In this document: in pieces, positions 1 to 11,200 of the stretch
Position numbering within the stretch: position 1 is the first letter of the stretch
Layout: each line of letters opens with the position of its first letter
NCBI GenBank assembly: GCA_965655095.1
Contig: OZ296658.1
Coordinates: 60,574,001 to 60,638,000, forward strand
From: Haplodiscus bocki
Lineage: Eukaryota
Reading direction: 5' to 3'
Length of the DNA stretch: 64,000 nucleotides
Position numbers and translations under genes: made by a program
The notes under the pieces: generated by a model
The model's input: the letters and a program-made list of their open reading frames with translations, nothing else
What the model was told of the DNA's origin: nothing
The model's database searches: none

Positions 1-240
1 TATTCGAACCCCACCAATTTGTTGGAAAAAAAAAATCAGGGAGCGTTTTTTCGGCTTTCTTCAATTGATTGGCAACAAAAATGTTTCCAAAATTTTTCTG
101 CACCTCCCAATACAAATGTTATACTCCAAAAAAAATTAAAAATCTGGGTAAATGTTTACTTGGTTTTTTGGTAGAATCACTTTCCACATAATATTAGTGG
201 AACTTGCTCGATATATTCACAAGTAATCCACTGGAGCGAA

Positions 241-908
241 TGTTGCCAAGCTCAGCGTCAGCTCTGGGTCTCAGTTGTGAGGCAAAGTAAACTTCAAGTG
301 GCTTTTTATTGTGTCTGATTTCCAATTAGAATCCATTTGATAAATCGAGCGAGGAATTAATGGTCCGCTAGTTTCCAGTTGGTGAAGTTAACCTCGCAGT
401 TTTAAATTCAGCTTCCACACACGCCATATTGGTTGCTGTAACCCACTATAAAGCACACGGACTTTCTTTGAAATAGTTTATTCGCTTTGGTCTTGGTTGG
501 TCCTTCCAGTGGGCCAGGTGCTGTTTACAAAAAAAGATCTTCGCTTCAAGTTTTGCTGTAGTTCACCAGCGGAGGCAACTTTTCTTTCGAGCTGTTTTTA
601 GTTTTTCCCTTCCGTCCAAGGCCTAGTTTTTTGCCTGCATACTAAAGTTGCCTAGACTTTGCTCAAGCGTTCACGATGTTTTCCATGAAAAGATTACCGT
701 GACTTGTTCTCTAGCTTGCACGTTTGTTTTAGTTCAACATTAACAGAATTGACCGCTAAAGTTGGTTGCGCTACCTAATATTATATATACACACTTTGGT
801 TAAGTGAACTTTTGTTTGTTTGTGAAATCTGTAAGTTTGATAGTACATCTTTACCTCCTTTATCAGCAATACTTCTCGAGATTTGCGCTGGTGTTCCCTT
901 GGCGCAAA
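241..908. repeat. Monomer A of the trimeric HOR (first full example, 668 bp)
   Basis: Starts at anchor TGTTGCCAAGCTCAGCGTCAGCTCTGGGTCTCAGTTGTG and then carries GATTTCCAATTAGAATCCATTTGAT, CAGTTGGTGAAG and GCTTCCACACACGCCATATTGGTTGCTGTA. These blocks are collinear with B and C. The start phase is my arbitrary choice. Confidence 0.9.
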
Positions 909-1576
909 TGTTGCCATGCTCAGCTACGCCTCTGGGTCTTTGTTGTGGTTCAGTTGATTATGAGTCACATCGTTTGTTTGCATGAGTTCCATTTGGAGTC
1001 CATTTGATGTCTCGAGCGGGAATAATAATGCTTGGTTGTTATTAGTTGGTCAATGTTTACCTGCAAAACTGAGATTTGCTTCCAGATACGCTGTATTGAT
1101 TACTGCGATATGTTGCGATACAGAGGAGAGTTTCTTAACTTCATTTGAGCGCTGTCCTCTGGTTAATTGTTCAAGTTGGTAAGAGTACGCCCCAATAGGA
1201 CGCTTTGCTCTGAGACTCACACAATTACACCTGCTTGAGAAAAAAGTCCATCACAGTCGTTTTTGTTTTTTTCACTCGCTCCCAGCTCGCGTTTGTGCTC
1301 TCATGCTGAAGTTACTACCTAGGTTTTGTCCATGCATCTTTGATTTCTTGCAATAAAAATGTCAGGTGGCCTAAATGCTAGCTCTTTTGCTGGTTTCAGT
1401 TAAACAACAGTCGAAACTTCTCCAAAAGTTGTATATTTTTGCACCACACAATTATTAAACCTGAGACAACACAATTCGTCTCAAATTGATTCTTCAGTAG
1501 TTTTGGCAGCACCTCTTCGCCTTTCAAAGAAAGATATAGTTGCTCAATACGTTCACTGGTGTGTCGTTGGTGCAGA
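909..1576. repeat. Monomer B of the trimeric HOR (first example, 668 bp)
   Basis: Anchor TGTTGCCATGCTCAGCTACGCCTCTGGGTCTTTGTTGTG matches A at 32 of 39 positions. TGAGTTCCATTTGGAGTCCATTTGATGTCTCGAGCG matches A at 29 of 36. It also carries TAGTTGGTCAA and GCTTCCAGATACGCTGTATTGATTACTG. Confidence 0.9.
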
Positions 1577-2226
1577 TATTGCCAGTTTCAGCTTCGCTGG
1601 TCAGTCTAAATTTTGAGAAAAGGTATGTTGGATTACTGTGAGCCCAAGTTCCGATGAGAAACCGACTCTTTTCACAATCAAGAAAAAAGTGGTTGGTTCT
1701 TTTCTGTTGGTTAGCTTAGACAGGCAATTTATATTTTTGCCTCCCGGCACAAGTTTTGAGAACTGTACTCCACAAAGACGAACTGCTTCTTTTTCAAACA
1801 TTTTATGCGCCTTCTTGCTGTTTGATTACTTCTTTTGGCCAAGTTTTGCTCACAAAAAAGAGCTTCATTTTGATATTTGCTCAGAATATACCTTCTGTGG
1901 CAATTGTAAAGTTGTTGTTTTTTTCCCTCTTTCACGTTCATTTACAGTACACATTTGTGTCTACGTAAGAATTGTTCCTAGATTTTATTCGAACCCCATC
2001 AATTTGTTTGAAAAAGTTTATCAGGGAGCGTTTTTTTCGGTTTTCTTCAATTGATTGGCAACAAAATTAATTCCAAATTTTTTCTGCACCTCCCAATACA
2101 ATTGTTATAGTCCGAAAGAAAATTGAACTCTGTGTAAATGTTTACTTCGTTTTTTGGTAGAATCACTTTCCACATAATATTAGTGGAACTTGCTCGATAT
2201 AATCACAAGTAATCCACTGGAGCGAA
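1577..2226. repeat. Monomer C of the trimeric HOR (first example, 650 bp; ~660 bp in most units)
   Basis: Anchor TATTGCCAG(G/T)TTCAGCTTCGC, followed by AGTTCCGATGAGAAACC and CTGTTGGTTAGC at offsets matching the A and B blocks. It is the most diverged of the three. A typical unit has anchors at 30171, 30839, 31508 and 32170 (668, 669, 662 bp). Confidence 0.85.
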
Positions 2227-5200
2227 TGTTGCCAAGCTCAGCGTCAGCACTGGGACTCAGTTGTGAGGCAAAGTAAACTTCAAGTGGCTTTTTAGTGTGT
2301 CTGATTTCCAATTAGACTCCATTTGATTTCTCGAACGAGGAATTAATGGTCCGCTAATTTCCAGTTGGTGAAGTTAACCTTGCAGTTTCAAATTCAGCTT
2401 CCACACACGCCAGAGTTTTTGCTGTAACCCACTTTAAAGCGCACGGCTCTTCTCTGAAAAGGTTTATTCGCTTTGGTCTTGGTTGGTCCCCCAAGTGGGC
2501 CACGTTCTGTTTGCAAAAAAAGACCTTCGCTTCAAGTTTTGCTGCAGTTCACCAGCGCAGGCAAGTTTTCTTTCGAACTGTTTTTGGTTTTATCCTTCCG
2601 TACAATTCCTACTTTTGTGCCTGCATACTAAAGTTGCATAGACTTTGCTCAAGCGTTCACGATGTTTTCCATGGAAAGAATACTGTGGCTTGTTTTCCAG
2701 CTTGCACGTTTGTTTTAGTCCAACATTAACAGAATTGACCGCTAAAGTTCGTTGCGCTACTTAATATCAAATATATACACCTTAGTTGGGTAAACTTTTG
2801 TTTGTTTGTGAAATCTGTAAGTTTGATAGTACATCTTTACCTTCATTATCAGCAATACTTCTCGAGATTTGCGCTAGTGTTCCCTTGGCGCAACTGTTGC
2901 CATGCTCAGCTTTACCTCTGGGTCTTTGTTGTGGTTCAGTTGATTATGAGTCACATCGTTTCTTTGCAAGAGTTCCATTTGGAGTCCATTTGATGTCTCG
3001 AGCGGGAATATTGTTGCTTGGTTGTTATTAGTTGGTCAATGTTTACCTGCAAATCTGACATTTGCTTCCAGATACGCTGTATTGATTACTGCCATACGGT
3101 GAGATACAGAGGAGAGTTTTTTTAACTTCATTTGAGCGCTGTCTTTTGGTTAATTGTTCAAGTTGGTAAGAGTAGGCCCCTAAAGGACGCTTTGCTCCGA
3201 CTCTCGCACAATTACACCTGCTTGAGAAAAAAGTCCATCACAGTCGTTTTTGTTTTTTCCACTCGCTCCCAGCTCGCGTTTGTGCTCTCATGCTGAAGTT
3301 ACTACCTAAGTTTTGTCCATGCATCTTTGATTTCTTACAATAAAAATGTCAGGTGGCCTAGTTCCTAGCTCTTTTGCTGGTTTCAGTTAAACAACAGCCG
3401 AAACTTCTCCAAAAGTTGTATATTTTTGCACCACACAATTATTAAACCTGAGACAACAGAATTCGTGTCGAATTGATTCTTCAGTAGTTTTGGCAGCACC
3501 TCTTCTCCATTCAAAATAAGATATAGTTGCTCAATACGTCCACTGGTGTGTCGTTGGTGCAGATAATGCCAGGTTCAGCTTCGCTTGTCGGTCTAAATTT
3601 TGAGAAAAGTTTTGTTGGATTACTGTGTGCCCAATTTCCGATAAGAAACCGACTCATTTCACAATCAAGCAAAAATTGCTTGGTTCTTTTCTGTTGGTTA
3701 GCATAGACAGGCAAGTTTTAGTTTTGCATCCCGGCACAAGTTTTGAGAATTGTACTCCACAAAGACGAACTGCTTCTTTTTCAAACATTTTATGCGCCTT
3801 CTTGCTGTTTGATTACTTCTTTTGGCCAAGTTTTGCTCACAAAAAAAGAGCTTCATTTTGAGATTTGCTCAGAATATACCTTCTGTGGCATTTGTAAAGT
3901 CGTTGTTTTTTTCCCTTTTTCACGTTCATAAACAGTTCACATTTGTATCTACGTAAGAATTGTTCCTAGATTTTATTCGAACCCCATCAATTTGTTAGAA
4001 AAAATTTATCAGGGAGCGTTTTATTCGGCTTTCTTCAATTGATTGGCAACAAAATTAATTCCAAATTTTTTCTGCACCTCCCAATACAATTGTTATACTC
4101 CAAAAGAAAAATGAAATCTGTGTAAATGTTTACTTGGTTTTTTGGTAGAATCACTTTCCACATAAAATTAGTGGAACTTGCTCGATATAAACACAAGCAA
4201 TCCACTGGAGCGAATGTTGCCAAGCTCAGCGTCAGCACTGGGTCTCAGTTGTGAGGCAAAGTAAACTTCAAGTGGCTTTTTAATGTGTCTGATTTCCAAT
4301 TAGAATCCATTTGATATCTCGAACGAGGAATTAATGATCCGCTACTTTCCAGTTGGTGAAGTTAACCTTGCAGTTTTAAATTCAGCTTCCACACACGCCA
4401 GAGTTTTTGCTGTAATCAGCTTTAAAGCACACGGCTTTTCTTTGGAAAGGTTTATTCGCTTTGGTCTTGGTTGGTCCCCCAAGTGGGCCACGTTCTGTTT
4501 GCAAAAAAAGACCTTCGCTTCAAGTTTTGCTGTAGTTCACCAGCGGAGGCAACTTTTCTTTCGAGCTGTTTTTGGTTTTTCCCTTCCGTACAATTCCTAC
4601 TTTTGTGCCTGCATACTAAAGTTGCATAGACTTTGCTCAAGCGTTCACGCTGTTTTCCATGGAAAGAACACCGTGGCTTGTTTTCCAGCTTGCACGTTTG
4701 CTTTAGTTCAACATTAACAGTATTGACCGCTAAAGTTGGTTGCGCTACTTAATATCAAATATACACACCTTAATTGAGTAAACTTTTGTTTGTTTGTGAA
4801 ATCTGTAAAGTTGATAGTACATCTTTACCTTCATTGTCAGCAATTCTTCTCGAGATTTGCGCTAGTGTTCCCTTGGCGCAAATGTTGCCATGCTCAGCTA
4901 CACCTCTGGGTCTTTGTTGTGGTTCAGTTGATTATGAGTCACATCGTTTGTTTGCATGATTTCCATTTGGAGTCCATTTGATGTCTCGAGTGGGAATAAT
5001 AATGCTTGGTTGTTATTAGTTGGTCAATGTTTACCTGCAAAACTGAGATTTGCTTGCAGATACGCTGTATTGATTACTGCGATATGCTGCGATACAGAGG
5101 AGAGTTTTTTAACTTCATTTGAGTGCTGTCTTCTGGTTAATTGTTCAAGTTGGTAAGAGTACGCCCTAATAGGACGCTTTGCTCCGACACTCGCACAATT

Positions 5201-8200
5201 ACACCTGCTTGAGAAAAAAGTCCAACAGAGCCGTTTTTGATTTTTCCACTCGCGCCCAGCTCGCTTTTGTGCTCTCATGCTGAAGTTACTACCTAGGCTT
5301 TGTCCATGCATCATTGATTTCTTGCAATGAAAATGTCAGGTGGCCTAATTGCTAGCTCTTTTGCTGGTTTCAGTTAAACAACAGCCGAAACTTCTCCAAA
5401 AGTTGTATATTTTTGCACCACACACTTATTACACCTGAGACAACAGAATTCGTGTCAAATTGATTCTTTTGTAGTTTTGGCAGCACCTCTTCGCCATTTA
5501 AAATAAGATATAGTTGCTCAATATTTTCACTGGTGTGTCGTTGGTGCAGATATTGCCAAATTCAGCTTCGCTTGTCGGTCTAAGTTCTGAGAAAAGGTAT
5601 GTTTGATTTACTTTGTGCGCAAGTTCCGATGAGAAACCGACTCATTTCACAATCAAGCAGACTTTGGTTGCTTCTTTTCTGTTGGTTAGCTTAGACAGGC
5701 AAAATTTATTTTTGCATCCCGGCACAAGTTTTGATAACTGTACTCCACTAAGACGAATTGCTTCTTTTTCAAACAGTTGATGCGCCTTGATGCTGTTTGA
5801 TTACTTCTATTGGCCAAGTTTTGCTCACAAAAAAAGAGCTTCATTTTGATATTTGCTCAGTATATACCTTCTGTGGCAAATGTAAAGTCGTTGTTCTTTT
5901 CCTTCTTTCACGTTCACTTACAGTTCACAATCGTGTCTACGTAAAAATTGTTCCTAGATTTTAATCAAACCCCATCAATTTGTTGGAAAAAGTTAATCAC
6001 GGGGCGTTTTTTCAAACTTTTGTCTTTCTTCAATTGATTGTCGACAAAATTCATTCCAGATTTGTTCTGCACCTCCCAATACAATTGTTTTATTCCAAAA
6101 GTAAATTGAATTTTGTGTAATTGTTTACTTGGTTTTTTGGTAGAATCACTTTCCCCATAACATTAGTTGAACTTGCTCGATAAAATCACAAGTAATCCAC
6201 TGTCACGGATGTTGCCAAGCTCAGCGTCAGCTCTGGGTCTCAGTTGTGAGGCAAAGTAAACTTGAAATAGATTTTTGGCAGGTCTGATTTCCAATTAGAA
6301 TCCATTTGATATCTTGAGCGAGGAATTAATGGTCCGCTAGTTTCAAGTTGTTGAAGTTATCCTCGCAGTTTTAAATTCAGCTTCCACACACGTCATATTG
6401 GTTGCTGTAACCGACTATAAAGCACACGGAATTTCTTTGAAAAAGTTTCTTCGCTTTGGTCTTGGTTGGTCCGTCCAGTGGGTCAGGTTCTGTTTACAAA
6501 AAAACCTTCGCTCCAAGTTTTGCTGTAGTTCACCAGCGGATGCAAGTTTTCTTTCGAACTGTTTTTGGTTTCACCCTTCCGTACAATTCCTACTTTTGTG
6601 CCCGCATACTAAAGTTGCATAGACTTTGCCCAAGCGTTCACGATGTTTTCCATGGAAAGAAAACCGTGGCTTTTTTTCCAGCTTGCACGTTTGTTTTAGT
6701 TCAACATTAACAGAATTGACCGCTAAAGTTGGTTGCGCTTGTTAATATCAAATATATACACCTTAGTTGAGTAAACTTTTGTTTGTTTGTGAAATCTGTA
6801 AGTTTGATAGTTTATATTTACCTTCTTTATCAGCAATACTTCTCGAGATTTGCGCTGGTGTTCCCTTGGCGCAAATGTTGCCATGCTCAGCCACACATCT
6901 GGGTCTCTGTTGTGGTTCAGTTGATTATGAGTCACATCGCTTGTTTGCATGAGTTCCATTTGGAGTCCATTTAATGTCACGAGGAGGAATAATGTTGCTT
7001 GGTTGTTATTAGTTGGTCAATGTTTACCTGCAAAACTGAGATTTGCTTCCAGATACGCTGTATTGATTACTGCGATACGGTGCGATGCAGAGGAGAGTTT
7101 TTTCTAACTTCATTTGAGCGCTGTCTTTTGGTTAATTGTTCAAGTTGGTAAGAGTACGCCCCAATAGGACGCTTTGCTCCGACTCTCGCACAATTACACC
7201 TGCTTGAGAAAAAAGTCCATCACAGTCGTTTTTGTTTTTTCCACTCGCTCCCAGCTCGCGTTTGTGCTCTCATGCTGAAGTTACTACCTAAGTTTTGTCC
7301 ATGCATCTTTGATTTCTTACAATAAAAATGTCAGGTGGCCTAGTTCCTAGCTCTTTTGCTGGTTTCAGTTAAACAACAGCCAAAACTTCTCCAAAAGTTT
7401 TATATTTTTGCACCACACAATTATTAAACCTGAGACAACAGAATTCGTGTCAAACTGATTCTTGAGTAGTTTTGGCAGCACCTCTTCGGCATTTAAAATA
7501 AGATATAGTTGCTCAATATTTTCACTGGTGTGTCGTTGTTTGAGATATTGCCAGGTTCAGCTTCGCTGGTCGGTCTAAATTTTGAGAAAAGTTATGTTGG
7601 ATTACTGTGTGCCCAATTTCCGATGAGAAACCGACTCATTTCACAATCAAGCAAAAATTGCTTGGTTCTTTTCTGTTGGTTAGCTTTGACAGGCAAGTTT
7701 TAGTTTTGCATCCCGGCACAAGTTTTGAGAACTGTTCTCCACAAAGACGACCTGCTTCTTTTTCAAACAGTTGATGCGCCTTCATGCTGTTTGATTATTT
7801 CTATTGGCCAAGTTTTGCTCACAAAAAAAGAGCTTCATTTTGATATTTGCTCAGAATATACCTTCTGTGGCAAATGTAAAGTAGTTGTTCTTTTCCCTCT
7901 TTCACGTTCACTTACAGTTCACATTTGTGTCTACGTAAAAATTGTTCCTAGATTTTAATAGAACCCCATCTACTTGTTGGAAAAACTTAATCACGGGGCG
8001 TTTTTTCAAACTTTCGGCTTTCTTCAATTGATTGTCGACAAAATTCATTCCAGATTTGTTCTGCATCTCCCAATACACTTGTTTTAATCCAAAAGTAAAT
8101 TGAATTTTGTGTAATTGTTTACTTAGTTTTTTGGTAGAATCACTTTCCCCATAACATTAGTTGAACTTGCTCGATAAAATCACAAGTAATCCACTGTCAC

Positions 8201-11200
8201 GGATGTTGCCAAGCTCAGCTTCAGCTCTGGGTCTCAGTTGTGAGGCAAAGTAAACTTGAAATAGATTTTTAGTAGGTCTGATTTCCAATTAGAATCCATT
8301 TGATATCTTGAGCGAGGAATTAATGGTCCGCTAGTTTCAAGTTTTTGAAGTTAACCTCGCAGTTTTAAATTCAGCTTCCACGCACGCCATATTGGTTGCT
8401 GTAACCCAATATAAAGCACACGGATTTTCTTTGAAAGGGGTTATACGCTTTGCTCTAGGTTCGTCCTTCCAGTGGGTCAGGTTCTGTTTACAAAAAAACC
8501 TTCGCTCCAAGTTTTGCTGTAGTTCACCAGCGGAGGCACGTTTTCTTTCGAACTGTTTTTGGTTTTGCCCTTACATACAATTCCTACTTTTGTGCCTGCA
8601 TACTAAAGTTGCATAGACTTTGCTCAACCAATCACGATGTTTTCCATGGAAAGAATATCGTGGCTTGTTTTCCAGCTTGCACGTTTGTTTTGGTTCAACA
8701 TTAACATAATAGACCGCTAAAGTTGGTTGCGCTACTTAATATCAAATACATACACCTTAGTTGAGTAAACTTTTGTTTGTTTGTGAAATCTGTAAGTTTG
8801 ATAGTATATCTTTACCTTCGTTATCAGCAATACTTCTCGAGATTTGCGCCAGCGTTCCCTTGGCGCAAATGTTGCCATGCTCAGCTACACCTCTGGGTCT
8901 TTGTTGTGGTTCAGTTGATTATGAGTCACACCGTTTGTTTGCATGAGTTCCATTTGGAGTCCATTTGATGTCTCTAGCGGGAATAATAATGCTTGGTTGT
9001 TACTAGTTGGTCAATGTTTACCTGCAAAACTGAGATTTGCTTGCAGATACTTTGTATTGATTACTGCGATATGTTGCGATACAGAGGAGAGTTTCTTAAC
9101 TTCATTTGAGCGCTGTCTTCTGGTTAGTTGTTCAAGTTGGTAAGAGTACGCCCCAATAGGACGCTTTGCTCCGACAATCGCACAATTACACCTGCTTGAG
9201 AAAAAAGTCCATCACAGCAGTTTTTGTTTTTTCCACTCGCTCCCAGCTCGCGTTTGTGCTCTCATGCTGAAGTTACTACCTAAGTTTTGTCCATGCATCT
9301 TTGATTTCTTACAATAAAAATGTCAGGTGGCCTAGTTCCTAGCTATTTTGCTGGTTTGAGTTAAACAACAGCCAAAACTTCTCCAAAAGTTTTATATTTT
9401 TGCACCACACAATTATTAAACCTGAGACAACAGAATTCGTGTCAAATTGATTCTTGAGTAGTTTTGGCAGCACCTCTTCGGCATTTAAAATAAGATATAG
9501 TTGCTCAATATTTTCACTGGTGTGTCGTTGGTGCAGATATTGCCAGGTTCAGCTTCGCTGGTCGGTCTAAATTTTGAGAAAAGTTATGTTGGATTACTGT
9601 GTGCCCAATTTCCGATGAGAAACCGACTCATTTCACAATCAAGCAAAAATTGCTTGGTTCTTTTCTGTTGGTTAGCTTTGACAGGCAAGTTTTAGTTTTG
9701 CATCCCGGCACAAGTTTTGAGAACTGTTCTCCACAAAGACGAACTGCTTCTTTTTCAAACAGTTGATGCGCCTTCATGCTGTTTGATTATTTCTATTGGC
9801 CAAGTTTTGCTCACAAAAAAAGAGCTTCATTTTGATATTTGCTCAGAATATACCATCTGTGGCAAATGTAAAGTCGTTGTTCTTTTCCCTCTTTCACGTT
9901 CACTTACAGTTCACATTTGTGTCAACGTAAAACTTTTTCCTGAATTTTATTCGAACCCCATCAATTTGTTGGAAAAAGTTAATCATGGGGCGTTTTTTCA
10001 AACATTCGGCTTTCTTCAATTGATTGGCAGCAAAATTAATTCCAAATTTTTTCTGCACCTCCCAATACAAATGTTATACTCCAAAAGAAAATTGAAATCT
10101 GTGTAAATGTTTACTTGGTTTTTTGGTAGAATCACTTTCCCCATAACATTAGTTGAACTTGCTCGATAAAATCACAAGTAATCCACTGTCACGGATGTTG
10201 CCAAGCTCAGCGTCAGCTGTGGGTCTCAGTTGTGAGGCAAAGTAAACTTGAAATAGATTTTTGGTAGGTCTGATTTCCAATTAGAATCCATTTGATAAAT
10301 CGAGCGAGGAATTAGTGGTCCGCTAGTTTCGATTTGGTGAAGTTAACCTCGCAGTTTTAAATTCAGCTTACACACACGCCATATTGGTTGCTGTAACCCA
10401 CTATAAAGCACACGGACTTTCTTTGAAAAGGTTTATTCTCTTTGGTCTTGGTTGGTCCTACCAGTGGGCCAGGTTCTGTTTACACAAAAGACCTTCGCTT
10501 CAAGTTTTGCTGTAGTTCAACAGCGCAGGCAACTTTTCTTTCGAGCTGTTTTTAGTTTTTCCCTTCCGTTCAAGGCTTAGTTTTTTGCCTGCATACTAAG
10601 GTTGCCTAGACTTTGCTCAAGCGTTCACGATGTTTTCCATGCAAAGATTACCGTGGCTGGTTTTCCAGCTGGCACCTTTGTTTTAGTTGAACAACAACAG
10701 AAATGACCGCTAAATTTGGTTGCGCTACCTGATATTAAATATACACACCTTGGTTGAGTAAACTTTTGTTTGTTTGTGAAATCTGTAAGTTTGATAGTAT
10801 ATCTTTACCTTCTTTATCAGCAATACTTCTGGAGATTTGCGCTAGTATTCGCTTGGCGCAAATGTTGCCATGCTCAGCTACGCCTCTGGGTCTTTGTTGT
10901 GGTTCAGTTAACTATGAGTCACATCGTTTGTTTGCATGAGTTCCATTTGGAGTCCATTTGATGTCTCGAGCGGGAATAAAGTTGCATGGTTTTTATTAGT
11001 CGGTCAATTTTTACCTGCAAAACTGAGATTTGCTTCCAGATACGCTGTATTGATTACTGCGATATGGTGCGATACAAAGGAGAAATTTTTTACCTTCATT
11101 TGAGCGCTGTTTTTTGGTTAATTGTTCAAGTTGGTAAGAGTACTCCCCAAAAGGACGCTTTGCTCTGCGACTTGCACAATCACACCTGCTTGAGAAAAAG

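Noticed and set aside
1000-1022. CENP-B box candidate around TCTCGAGCGGGA
   Set aside because: It does not fit the core TTCGNNNNANNCGGG; only the CGGG end matches.
1352-1357. AATAAA as a functional polyadenylation signal in each unit
   Set aside because: It is expected by chance in AT-rich DNA, is mutated in some copies (~5326 AATGAA, ~19284 AAGAAA), and has no associated gene.
1650-1675. C/D-box snoRNA array (SNORD115-like 2-kb units) suggested by CGATGA
   Set aside because: There is no canonical RTGATGA C box with a properly placed CTGA D box and terminal stem.
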